Source of the DNA: Candidatus Campbellbacteria bacterium
GTDB lineage: Bacteria > Patescibacteriota > Minisyncoccia > Phycocordibacterales > JAXHMZ01
NCBI GenBank assembly: GCA_034521025.1
Contig: JAXHMZ010000003.1
Coordinates: 15,726 to 79,725 of the forward strand
Direction: 5' to 3'
Length of the DNA stretch: 64,000 nt
A program made the translations under genes and the position numbers. This document shows, in pieces, positions 9,800 through 19,682 of the stretch (the first letter of the stretch is position 1; the number at the start of each line of letters is the position of its first letter). The notes under the pieces are model-generated. The model worked only from the letters and a program-made list of their open reading frames with translations, was not told the origin of the DNA and searched no databases.

Positions 9800-11131
9800 A
9801 TGGACGATATATCAGATAAAATAATAGATCTAAAAAAACAGCTTTATGAAGAGTTGGCAAAGGATGATTCTAACAATAATAAAATCCTTTCCATCTCTAA
9901 ATGGATTGAGCTCGATTGGATGATACAAATGTGCGTTTCTCAATTGATGCAGGTGTTATTGACCGGCTAGGGGGATGAATTCAGTCAGCTCAGTTCAAGA
10001 AACGGCCGTTGCGGGGGCTTGAAAATTCCTATGACGCAGATGCTAAAGAGGTCATTTTAACTTTTATCGACACTGATAAGATTGGCGGGACTTTAAATAT
10101 CAAAGATGATGGAGATGGAATGACAAAAGATGAGCTAATTGATGGTTTTATGAGAATTTCTTCTACAAGTAAAATACATAACCCCTATTCACGAAAATAT
10201 AATAGGAAAAGAGCTGGTCAAAAAGGAATTGGAAGATTCGCAGTTCAACGCCTAGGAACCAATTTAACTATAATTACGCAAGTTGAAAACGCGAATTATG
10301 CTTTAAAGCTTACCATCAATTGGAGTGATTATCAAAGAGATAAAGATTTAACTTCTATCACAAACAAACTTGAGGAAACGGAAAAAATAAGAGAAAAGGG
10401 AACGACGCTGATAATAGGCGGATTAAAAGATAAATGGTCAACTTCAGCGATACAAAGAATCTACCGGTATGTTAATGACATTATCCAACCTTTTCCAATT
10501 TCGGAGAAAAGTGCAGACAAGGAAAATAAAAGGAAGGAGGAAACAGAAGACCCAGGATTCAAGACAAAGTTTATAATGATTGTCAATAATGAGACCAAAA
10601 CGGTTGCTGATGACAGAATTATGGTTTATGACCACGCGTTGGCAACAATTGAAGGTTTTGTTGATGAAGGAGGAAACGGTGAATTCGAGGTAAGGAGTTC
10701 TAAATTGGATATTAATACTGGTGGGAAAGTTGGCAGTAATCCTGATGACAGTTCAATTCCATTTCAGAAAATAAAAGATACTTGGTTCCGTGCATATTAT
10801 TTCTATTTACCAAAGACGTTATACCTTCTATGCATGTTTCAAGTATTCAGAAAATTGCTAGAACACAAGGCGGAATCAGGTTGTATCGAAATGGTTTTAG
10901 GGTGTTGCCATATGGAGAAGCTGGCAATCGGCTCACACTCTAGATAAATCCTCAAGGCAACGATCATTATTACCGGCTCACGCCAATATGAATTTTTTTG
11001 GATTTGTGGAAATTCCAGATGAAAATGAAGTATTCAATGAAACATCAAGTAGGGAGGGACTTGCAGAAAACGAAGCATTCATAGAGCTTCAAAATTTTAT
11101 ATATAGATCAATCATGTCTGGCGTGACTTAG
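9800..11131 (+). pseudogene. GHKL-type ATPase (HATPase_c_3/MORC-like N-terminal domain) fragmented by at least 2 frameshifts; coordinates approximate
   Basis: Bergerat-fold motifs: ENSYDADAKEV (N-box), IKDDGDGMTKDEL (G1), GQKGIGRFA (G2). Later segments (GFRVLPYGEAGN.., FGFVEIPDENEVFNETSSREGLAENEAF) are in other frames. No ORF of 60 aa or more between 10948 and 11509. Confidence 0.5.
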
Positions 11132-11261
11132 ATTCTGCAGAAGTAGAGAAGGTACCCCGAAGTAACATTCTGGACAGCAGAAAGATGAAAAAGGTAATCG
11201 GGAAAAAACCGATTTCGGGATAAAAAACATAGCCCATACACTTGCAGAGCTTAGATCGTGA

Positions 11262-12153
11262 ACTTGAAGATGAATCGCAGGAAGTATTGAAGCTAAAAAA
11301 AGAAGAAAACGAAGAATTAAGAAAGTTCAAAAAGCAATTGATGAACTAGAAACAATTCAAAAAGCGGAGCAAGAAAAAACAATTAAAGAAAGGTCTATGC
11401 TGAGGGTCTTAAGTAGTGTGGGATTGACAGTTGGACAATTCATCCACGAGATAAAATATTACGTGAATGATATTCAAAGTGATATTAGATACCTTCTCGA
11501 ACCGACTGCATGATGAAAAAGATATCATTAGCTCGGACTAAAATCTTAGACAACAATTTTTCTTCATTCCGAACTTATACTTCTTATTTCGATAATGTTA
11601 TTTCTCAAAATGTCGTTCGGGAATTGCGACCTCTAAACCTTTCTCACATAATTACTCCATTCATCAATTCAATAAAAACTGATGCAAAAAAATCGGGAAT
11701 TGAATTTGTAGAACCTATAATTGGAAATCCATATCTATATACAAAATCTATGCATCCTTCTGAATAGTTCTTCCAATCCTTTTCAATTTTTATACAAATT
11801 CTAAGAAGGCAATAAAAAGAGTTGGAGAAAAGGGGAAAATCCTAATTGAATGTGGAGCCGAGGACGAAATGCTTTTTTTAGAATTCTCTGATACAGGAGA
11901 TGGTATTTCAAAAGAAAATGAAGAATTGATATTCGATGAATTTTATACAACTACATCAGCTATAGATTTAGAAAGTCTAAATCAAAGTAATGAGATTTTA
12001 GGTACAGGGTTGGGCTTGAAAATAGTTAAAGACATTATTAAAAGCTACAGGGGAAATGTGTATGTAGCATCTCCAAAAGCTGAATATACAACATGTATTC
12101 GTGTGGAAATTCCGAAAGCAAACGATAAAGAATTAGAAAGATATGGCTTATAA
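11262..12153 (+). pseudogene. Sensor histidine kinase core (coiled coil, DHp, HATPase_c) split across 3 frames; coordinates approximate
   Basis: Candidate H-box (GQFIHEIKYY). N-box (ILFNFYTNSKKAI). G1 (FSDTGDGISKE). F/G2 (FDEFYTT..GTGLGLKIVKDII). Frames change near 11345, 11510 and 11765. Confidence 0.55.
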
Positions 12154-12907
12154 AATTTTATACATAGAAGATTTAGACCCTGGATCAATTATTCACGACC
12201 TGAACAGCCAAGGTTTTGAAGTTAAACATCACGTTCCGAAAAGTTTTGAGAAAACTATTAAAGAGGTAGATGGCTATGACCTTTTACTCTTCGACTATAG
12301 ATTGACTGAAACAACAGCTATATTTGATGCCCCAACAATTGCACAAACATTACGAACAATTAACTCAGAAAAGCATAAGGATATTCCAATAGTGCTAATT
12401 TCAAGCGAAACAAAGATAAGTGATTATTATAAAGATTTAACAAGTCAAGACCTTTTCGATCTTTCTATTTCAAAGGACACTTTATTAAACAATCTTCAAA
12501 AATATTCTCATCGATTCATAAGTCTAATAAATGCTTATCAAAAAATAAGTGATGAGAAATTTGATGTTTTTAAGATTTTGAATATTACTGACGATCGAAA
12601 AGATATTCTCGACTATCGAGTTGTGGAAAAACTCAATCGAGAAATGTTTAGTAATGATGTATTTGCATTTTCAAGTTTCATTCTGAACAATTTAATACAG
12701 ACTATCGGCCCTCTCCTAGGGGAAGATGTATTATCTGCAAGACTTGGGGTATCTAAAAAATCAAAAGATTGGGAAAAGCTTAAAAATATATTTGATAGTT
12801 TTAGATATCGAAGGCATTTTTTCAGGATTCATACAAACGTTGGTGGACCTGATGGTCTTATCGATTGGTGGAAAAAACATAATGAAGGAGGAGAACTCAT
12901 TGCGTAA
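12143..12907 (+). CDS. Receiver (REC)-domain protein with unknown C-terminal domain
   Basis: ILYIEDLD..DLLLFDYRL..IPIVLISS CheY-like pattern. Start overlaps the HK stop by 11 nt, an operon-like arrangement. Confidence 0.5.
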   Translation: MAYKILYIEDLDPGSIIHDLNSQGFEVKHHVPKSFEKTIKEVDGYDLLLFDYRLTETTAIFDAPTIAQTLRTINSEKHKDIPIVLISSETKISDYYKDLTSQDLFDLSISKDTLLNNLQKYSHRFISLINAYQKISDEKFDVFKILNITDDRKDILDYRVVEKLNREMFSNDVFAFSSFILNNLIQTIGPLLGEDVLSARLGVSKKSKDWEKLKNIFDSFRYRRHFFRIHTNVGGPDGLIDWWKKHNEGGELIA

Positions 12908-13859
12908 ATTAAATGCAGAGCAGCGATTAAAGCAATTAGAGAAAATTACTGGATTATCCCTGTCAATTCAAGAGCCTACAAAATATGCTAAAAGTACTAG
13001 TTATTGGACAATCTGTAAGGAAACATCGTTACCAATAGACCCAATAGATGGATTAGAATTGTATAAAAAAGATTTATTGGAGTGGCAGGACAAAGAATAC
13101 CTCTCAATTCAAGCTGGATTAGAACCCAAAAAGTTTGATGCAGCTACTGGAAAGCCTATCTTTTTTAGAATTCCTTAAACCTAATGAGAAAAATAGATTA
13201 AAATCAATAGCAAAAAGTATACTGAACGATTGGGACACATATCTATATTCCAGAGATTTATCCGATTTTATTCAACTTATAAGAGATTATGAAGTACCTA
13301 TGGAAATAACTGAATTGGCCAATCTTGACAGTTATTTGCAATACAGTGGTGAAAAATTTCAAATTTCTGTTGAAAATATTGTTTTCAATATAGATAAAAA
13401 GATTTCTGGCACCATTCCATCAAACATTGATCATTTGGAAATACTATTTACTCACAAATGTGAAATAGATCCTGAGGTTGATGAAACATCTTACAATCCC
13501 ACGATAGTGTATGATTTTCAACTCCATATTAAAGGATATGATGATGAGAAGAAAGAATATGTGAACTGGTGGCATCTAGATAAAAACATTGAGTCTGATA
13601 CACCAAAATTCACTCACCCTTGTACCATTTTCAAGCAGGCGGAAATGAAATTGAATCAGTCAATTCAGGAGATTTAATCTTGTTAGGGGCTCCTAGATTG
13701 CCGCATCCTCCAATGGATCTATTCTTAGGTTTCCATTTTGTATTGAATAACTTCTATAGTTCAAAAGATTATGACTTCGTAAATCAATTACTGGAGGATA
13801 TTACTTATCAAAAGATTATTTTGCAGGGCGCAACTACGTATGTGGGACAATTATTTTAA
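12888..13859 (+). other. Three overlapping ORF fragments (12888..13178, 13135..13677, 13620..13859) of unknown function
   Basis: Consecutive ORFs overlapping by 40-60 nt in different frames. No motifs recognised. Probably the remnant of one larger gene with two frameshifts. Confidence 0.3.
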
Positions 13860-13922
13860 GGCATTTTCAGAAAACACACATAATCACTTTACGAGACAAA
13901 ATATTTTCCGCTATCGTAAGTA

Positions 13923-14867
13923 ATGAGTAAAGAAATATTTACATATCTTCGCTCGTATTCGGTCGATCCACAAAAGATCAATCGTCTGATTGTGACCGCT
14001 TTTTTGCATTCATTTGGTATAAAAAAAACGAAAAACAAGCTTTTAAATACTTTCCTGATAAATAAAGAAGATGAGGATTATTCAACGTTAAAGGATTTTC
14101 TTAGCAATTCACCATTTTTCAGATATTAGGAATTGATAGAGTTCCTTGAGTTCGTTATTTCACCTGAAGAAAAAGTAGTCACTGGCGCTGTATACACGCC
14201 TAAACATATCAGGGAATATATTGTAGAACAATGCTATGCAGATGTAACTGATTTTAAGAATTTAAAAATATGCGACCCGGCATGTGGTTGTTCAGGTTTT
14301 CTTTGCACTGCAGCAAAGTTAATCAAGAAAAACACTGATTTAACATATCGAGAAATCTTCGAGAGAAACATTTTTGGATTAGACATTCAGGAATTTTCTA
14401 TAACTAGGTCTAAACTTTTATTGTCTCTATTCGCGATAACTGAAGGAGAAGCAGCGGATTTTTCTTTCAACCTACATCAAGGAAATGCATTGATTTTTAA
14501 TTGGTCAGATGTTGTTCGTAATTACGAAGGATTTGATATTATACTTGGTAATCCTCCCTATGTTTGTTCCAGAAATATTGATAAAGAATCCAGACAATTT
14601 CTCTTAAATTGGAAAGTGAGCAATTCTGGACACCCAGACTTATATATACCCTTCTTTCAATTAGGAGTTGAAAACCTTAAACCCAACGGAACACTTGGCT
14701 ATATTACCATGAATACTTTTTTTAAAAGTGTAAATGGCAGAGCAGTGCGACAATACTTTTATGAAGAAGCTTTAGCACTAAGAATTTTGGACTTTGGTAG
14801 TACTCAGGTTTTTCAAAGTAAATCTACATATACTTGTATTTGTATTATTAAAAAGCAAAAATCTTAA
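13923..14867 (+). pseudogene. Gamma-class N6-adenine DNA methyltransferase domain (Eco57I/PglX/HsdM-like), in-frame TAG at 14130-14132, 3'-truncated
   Basis: Motif X GAVYTP. Motif I DPACGCSGFL. Motif IV NPPY in the order X-I-IV. ORFs 13923..14129 and 14133..14867 are in the same frame, separated only by TAG. The protein ends shortly after the methyltransferase fold, with no target-recognition region. Confidence 0.6.
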
Positions 14868-15288
14868 AACTATTGATTATGCCAATGGAAATACAAATTC
14901 CTTAAATAACGGTGTTTTTTTTGTTTCCATCCCTTATACAAAATTGAGTCATAAGAATGGTTGGAATTTACATCAGGATGGATACTTCTTTTCACGAAAA
15001 GTAATGCTTGCTTTCTCAGCGGAAGCCTATATTTACTTTCCTGGAGGATTCGGAACTCTGGATGAATTTTTTGAAATTGTAACTTTGGTTCAAACGCAGA
15101 AGATCCCGCGAGTGCCAATAATTCTTGTCGGTGAAGAATTCTGGGGAGCTTTGGACGATTTTATTCACAATATGTTGGTGAACAAATATCAAACTATCGG
15201 CCCGGGAGACGAAGAGCTGTACACAATGACAGAAGATATAGATGAAATTTCTAAAATAGTCAAAAACGCGCCTAAGCGTAAGGAATAA
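14866..15288 (+). pseudogene. LOG-family (TIGR00730, cytokinin riboside 5'-monophosphate phosphoribohydrolase-like) gene, N-terminus missing
   Basis: C-terminal half SRKVMLAFSAEAYIYFPGGFGTLDEFFEIVTLVQTQKIPRVPIILVGEEFW matches the hERK..PGGxGTxEE..vG motifs. No GGGxxGLMG N-terminal motif. Upstream sequence overlaps the methyltransferase 3' end. Confidence 0.6.
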
Positions 15289-15290
15289 AC

Positions 15291-15325
15291 AAAAAACCGC
15301 TTTTGAGAAGCGGTTTTTTGTTTTA
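15291..15325 (+). terminator. Rho-independent terminator (aaaccgcttttgagaagcggtttttt)
   Basis: Perfect 8-bp stem and T-run immediately after the LOG stop. Confidence 0.75.
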
Positions 15326-15341
15326 GTCCTGTATTATCTGC

Positions 15342-15845
15342 TTATCCTTTAACCTCAGGCAGGTCTACCGTAGTGGTAATTTGAACTCTGATCGCACTAC
15401 CACCTTCGGTTTCTACTCGCTCGTCCTCGTCCTCTTCAAAGGTACCGTTTTCGTTTGTATCTGTGTACAGCTCTACGTAGTATTGATCTCCTTCGGATGT
15501 GGACTCATCAAGCTCTACATTACCCGTCATATCTGTACCGGCCTCCACAAAAGCAGAACCGATAACTTCTCCGGGCTCACCGTCTACTTCATTTCTTACA
15601 ACAACAAAACCGTCTTCTGTAAGATTGAGACTGTCATAAAAAACTACGTCTCCGGGAATTTGATCGTTCACTATTACTGAATTTTCACTGTCCCCACTAA
15701 CACTGTTAAATTCTTCTTCATTTTGTTCTGGAGGGTTAACCTCTTCACTGCTAGGCCGTGTTAAAAGTAACGCAACCACCGCAACTACCAGCACAAGAAG
15801 TACCCCGACTGTTATGATAATTGATCTATTATTATTCATATGCAC
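15342..15845 (-). CDS. Membrane-anchored, highly acidic hypothetical protein
   Basis: N-terminal TM helix IIITVGVLLVLVVAVVALLL, then a D/E-rich region. Confidence 0.45.
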   Translation of the reverse strand: MHMNNNRSIIITVGVLLVLVVAVVALLLTRPSSEEVNPPEQNEEEFNSVSGDSENSVIVNDQIPGDVVFYDSLNLTEDGFVVVRNEVDGEPGEVIGSAFVEAGTDMTGNVELDESTSEGDQYYVELYTDTNENGTFEEDEDERVETEGGSAIRVQITTTVDLPEVKG

Positions 15846-15882
15846 ACAGTATACAACAAAAACACCATTTACAACAATGGCC

Positions 15883-16539
15883 TTATATTAATCCCTTCTT
15901 AGCCAAAATCGCGGAAATAGGATCGGTGGACTTACCGCGAGCCGGACTAATTTCACGTCCGTACGCTTTAAGTTTATAAGAAATGTCAAACCATTCATTT
16001 TTGGGCCAAAGATCCATCAACTCTTTCTCGACGATCTCGGGGTCATTGGTATTGACCAGACCAAATTTTCTCGCCAAGCGCAGAACGTGTGTATCCACTG
16101 CAATTCCATCAACCTCACCAAAAAGATGCCCGCGAACAACGTTGGCGGTCTTTCTGCCGACTCCGGGTAGGGAGGTAAGTTCTTCCATACTCTTTGGAAT
16201 TCTTGCTTTAAATTTACTCTTGATAATACGAGCCGAGTCACGAATGTACTTTGCTTTAGCTCGGCTAAACCCGATTTCTAAAATATCCTTTCGCAGATCC
16301 TCTTCGGAGACCTCAGCGAACTTGTTTAATGTGTTGTATTTTTTAAATAATTTTTCCGTAACCTGATTTACTTTTTTGTCCGTAGTTTGAGCCGATAAAA
16401 TTACCGCAAAAAGAAGTTCGTGGTTTTTAGAGTAATTTAAGGGCGTTTCTAGTTTTTCTGGATACAAGCGACTTAACTCAGCGATCACTATACGCGATAT
16501 TTCCTTCCGCCTTTTCAGGTCTTCGCTATTTTTATTCAT
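15883..16539 (-). CDS. nth: Endonuclease III-family HhH-GPD DNA glycosylase/lyase, no Fe-S cysteines
   Basis: LPGVGRKTANVV helix-hairpin-helix with Lys, and VDTHV Asp. The protein contains no cysteine at all, so the usual C-terminal 4Fe-4S loop is absent. Confidence 0.7.
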   Translation of the reverse strand: MNKNSEDLKRRKEISRIVIAELSRLYPEKLETPLNYSKNHELLFAVILSAQTTDKKVNQVTEKLFKKYNTLNKFAEVSEEDLRKDILEIGFSRAKAKYIRDSARIIKSKFKARIPKSMEELTSLPGVGRKTANVVRGHLFGEVDGIAVDTHVLRLARKFGLVNTNDPEIVEKELMDLWPKNEWFDISYKLKAYGREISPARGKSTDPISAILAKKGLI

Positions 16540-16568
16540 GGTATATTGACTGTGACATTACAAACCCG

Positions 16569-17705
16569 TTGTGCAACAATTATTGTATGCGAAAAATTTT
16601 TCTGCTACCACTCTTGATCATCACCTTCTTTTTAATAACAGTTTCCAGTATATCCGCGCAAGAACTTCAGCAAGAAACTGAAGAAGTATACAGAGCACGT
16701 ATTATAAAGATCATAAACGAAGAAACCATAGAAGTAGAAGGCACAGACGTTGAAAATATATCTCAAGAAATAGTCGTAAAGATCCTCAATAAAGACAAAG
16801 AAGGCGACAGAGTGCAATTCACCAATGATTACATAAAGTTAGATCAGGGAGATGTAATTTTTGTAAACTATTTGCAAACTAACGACGGACAAGAAATATA
16901 TTCTGTAGCCGAGCCTGATAGGCGAGGTGTTTTATCTATCTTTGCAGTAATTTTTGTTGCAACCTTTCTTTTGTTCGCGGGATGGCGAGGTCTACGTCCT
17001 CTTCTGTCATTAGTTGGAGTTTTTGTTGTAATATTTACGCTTCTAGTACCAATGCTTCTCTCGGGGGCTCCTCCGGTTTTAACCAGCGTTCTTTTTTCCA
17101 TAGTGATCATGGCAATAGTAATGTTTGTTACTCACGGATTCAGTCCTTCAACCGTAGCAGCCTATTTGGGGACAACCACCACGTTGATAATAGCGTCAGT
17201 ATTAGCTCAAATTGCCGTAACAACAGCCAACCTTTCTGGTTTTGGCACGGACGCGGCAATATACCTCAACATAAATACGGATGGCGCTCTTAATTTATCG
17301 GGGATCTTATTGGGATCAATAATAATCGGCGCCATTGGTGTTCTAGATGATATAGCCATTACTCAGACCGCGCTCACAGGGGAGTTGAAACTCGCCAATC
17401 CTTCACTATCTAGGAGTGAGTTATTCACAAGCGCTATGCGGGTCGGAAGAGAACACATAAGCGCGTTGGTTAATACTTTGGCTTTGGCTTACGCAGGTGC
17501 GTCACTGCCTTTATTGTTATTATTTTCACTTTCGGATCTTTCGCCATTACTGCTGATCAATCGTGAAATTTTTGCCGTAGAAGTCGTTAGAACTCTTGTC
17601 GGATCTATCGGACTTATCATAGCCGTTCCTTTAACAACCTGGTTTGCCATACTTTTGATAAACAAAGAAGACAAAACACTCGAAGGGCACTCCCATCACC
17701 ATTAG
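16569..17705 (+). CDS. Polytopic membrane protein, YibE/F-like
   Basis: Signal/TM, soluble N-terminal domain, then about 7 TM helices rich in Gly, Ala and Thr. Alternative start ATG 16587. Confidence 0.4.
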   Translation: MCNNYCMRKIFLLPLLIITFFLITVSSISAQELQQETEEVYRARIIKIINEETIEVEGTDVENISQEIVVKILNKDKEGDRVQFTNDYIKLDQGDVIFVNYLQTNDGQEIYSVAEPDRRGVLSIFAVIFVATFLLFAGWRGLRPLLSLVGVFVVIFTLLVPMLLSGAPPVLTSVLFSIVIMAIVMFVTHGFSPSTVAAYLGTTTTLIIASVLAQIAVTTANLSGFGTDAAIYLNINTDGALNLSGILLGSIIIGAIGVLDDIAITQTALTGELKLANPSLSRSELFTSAMRVGREHISALVNTLALAYAGASLPLLLLFSLSDLSPLLLINREIFAVEVVRTLVGSIGLIIAVPLTTWFAILLINKEDKTLEGHSHHH

Positions 17706-18580
17706 ATCAAATTAATAGCCTCTTTTAATGGTGTGGTTTTAATATCCGAGAAGTGCTTTCTAGCGTCCCTTTCCTCGTCAACCGTCATATCAGTCGTCGT
17801 CTTTTCCAAAAAAACATTCCAAGCGGTATGTTCATCGGAAGAAAGACTTGCCAAACGTTCACGCTTTGGTAGCGGAGAAAATCCCAAAGTATGACTTTTG
17901 CGCCTTTCTTTTTCTACAAAAAGATCTACAAACTCTTGATAGCTGATCTTATCATTTCCGCCCAAGTCAAACCTGTAAGTTCTCTCGATCTCATGATCTA
18001 CAGCTCTAACTATAAATTCTACAGCTTCCTTTAAAAGTATTGGCTGACATTGAAACTCCTTGGCTTCGTCCGGCAAAAGGGGAGACACGTCGTCGGCCAC
18101 GTATGAAGATATAGACTTGGCTAACAAAAGATCCACATCAAGCAACAAAGAAGCTCTGTACGAGGTTAGTGGTATCGCACTGTCTGAGAGAAAAGATTCG
18201 GCGCGCGCAAGCACATCTCTGTACACAGGCTGATTTGGTTTAGAGGTAGTGATAGATTCTAAAAGCACACCTCTGGAAACTCCGGCGACCAATGCCTTCT
18301 CTCTCACTTTTTTTAAAAATTCTGAACTACCGATATGAACATCTATCGGCTCAAGATCGTAAGCCAGAATAAAAAAAGTATCGATGTCCTTAAACATCTC
18401 TTCCGTTACTGATTCGATCTTAGGCGAGGCAATCAACATTACCTCGTGTCCTTCTTCTTCAAGTCTTGCTTTTATTCTGTCGCCAATAACGCCGTTACGA
18501 CCAAAAATGACCATTTTACGTCCCGAAGGCTCGGCTTGATAAGAGCCCTGAATAGTATTTATAAACAGTTCTCTCGGCAT
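17702..18580 (-). CDS. NAD(P)-binding Rossmann protein (epimerase/NmrA-like)
   Basis: VIFGRNGVIGDRI GxxGxxG near the N-terminus. Confidence 0.4.
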   Translation of the reverse strand: MPRELFINTIQGSYQAEPSGRKMVIFGRNGVIGDRIKARLEEEGHEVMLIASPKIESVTEEMFKDIDTFFILAYDLEPIDVHIGSSEFLKKVREKALVAGVSRGVLLESITTSKPNQPVYRDVLARAESFLSDSAIPLTSYRASLLLDVDLLLAKSISSYVADDVSPLLPDEAKEFQCQPILLKEAVEFIVRAVDHEIERTYRFDLGGNDKISYQEFVDLFVEKERRKSHTLGFSPLPKRERLASLSSDEHTAWNVFLEKTTTDMTVDEERDARKHFSDIKTTPLKEAINLI

Positions 18581-18582
18581 AT

Positions 18583-19011
18583 CTATTGGCCAGACGTTTC
18601 TGGTCGCCCCTCGTTATTTTCATCTGGGCTATCCGGATTAACCTCTATTTGAATGTCAGCACCCTTCAATCCCTCTTCTAGTTCTCTTAGTTGGTTCTCG
18701 TCCAAATCGTCATTTTCTACCCCTTCTTCTCCAGTGCCTTTAATAAAATTTATTCCTTCTACATTACCTACATCACTTTCACCGGATTCAGAAGCGGTAT
18801 TTTCTTCTGGGCGTTTTTCCGTACTTTGGTTTTCTTCAGGACTAAAACGTTTTCTTTCTTCTTCAAACAACTCATCCAGACGCTTGCGAGCCTCTTCGGA
18901 AGGAGCTTTTTCGTCTCCGTTTTTGTTAGGGTCCTCGTTGTTCCTAAGATCTTTGTTGAGATCTCCCTCAAATGGATTAGGATCTTCTGGACTGTTTATT
19001 CCTCCTATCAT
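18583..19011 (-). CDS. Acidic low-complexity hypothetical protein
   Basis: E/D/N-rich sequence. Start is adjacent to the upstream gene stop. Confidence 0.3.
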   Translation of the reverse strand: MIGGINSPEDPNPFEGDLNKDLRNNEDPNKNGDEKAPSEEARKRLDELFEEERKRFSPEENQSTEKRPEENTASESGESDVGNVEGINFIKGTGEEGVENDDLDENQLRELEEGLKGADIQIEVNPDSPDENNEGRPETSGQ

Positions 19012-19211
19012 TGCTCTACATTGTACACAAGCAATTTTGTTGTCGCAATGTCAAACTATTAACAATATAGAGTCTTTGGGGACTAATTTTCATATTTTTT
19101 AACGATCGCGCAACAGCATTGATGTTTTTAATATCAAGAAAATGTTGTACCCTGGAGGTACACGAGAAGATCACTAATTCGTGAAGATAAATCATCCATC
19201 ACACAATTTAT

Positions 19212-19655
19212 ATGAGTTCAAAAAACATAAAACAACACAATTCATACGACATAAGTCTTCTTCAGTCTAAGGCATACAGGATGGTAAAGACCAAAATAAA
19301 TGAGGCATTGGAAAAATCAGATATCTCGGCCACCGACTGGGCTATTTTAGGAGCGCTTGAAAGCGCCGATGAGCCTCTATTGTTCGGAGAATTAGCTGAA
19401 AGCGCCGGCGTAACCGCACCCAGAATAACCATTGTCGTCAACAATCTCAAAAACAAAGGCTGGGTGTCAATAAAAATGGACTCAAGCGACAGCCGACGTA
19501 AACGAGTTGCTTTATCCAAAAAAGGAAAAAATTTCATAAAAAGCACAGAGAAAAAAGTTCAAAGTGTAATTCAGGATTTCTTTAGTGACATTCCGGCCAA
19601 GCAAACAGAGTACTACTTTAAAGTTTTGGAGAAAATTTCCGAGAAGCATATATAG
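19212..19655 (+). CDS. MarR-family transcriptional regulator
   Basis: Winged HTH: DISATDWAILGAL..LLFGELAESAGVTAPRITIVVNNLKNKGWV. Confidence 0.65.
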   Translation: MSSKNIKQHNSYDISLLQSKAYRMVKTKINEALEKSDISATDWAILGALESADEPLLFGELAESAGVTAPRITIVVNNLKNKGWVSIKMDSSDSRRKRVALSKKGKNFIKSTEKKVQSVIQDFFSDIPAKQTEYYFKVLEKISEKHI

Positions 19656-19682
19656 ATTTTTCAAGAAAGACCTATATTAAAT

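Noticed and set aside
3286-14132. Amber/opal stop-codon recoding (alternative genetic code) to explain in-frame TAG/TGA in the integrase and methyltransferase
   Set aside because: Intact neighbouring genes (HydE-like, DksA-like, XRE) terminate with TAG. Frameshifts are equally frequent in the same genes, and all long CPR-side ORFs read cleanly in the standard code. Nonsense and frameshift decay is the simpler explanation.
14870-15118. 82-aa minus-strand ORF across the methyltransferase/LOG junction
   Set aside because: It lies antisense to the LOG remnant in a breakpoint region with no motifs; treated as non-coding.
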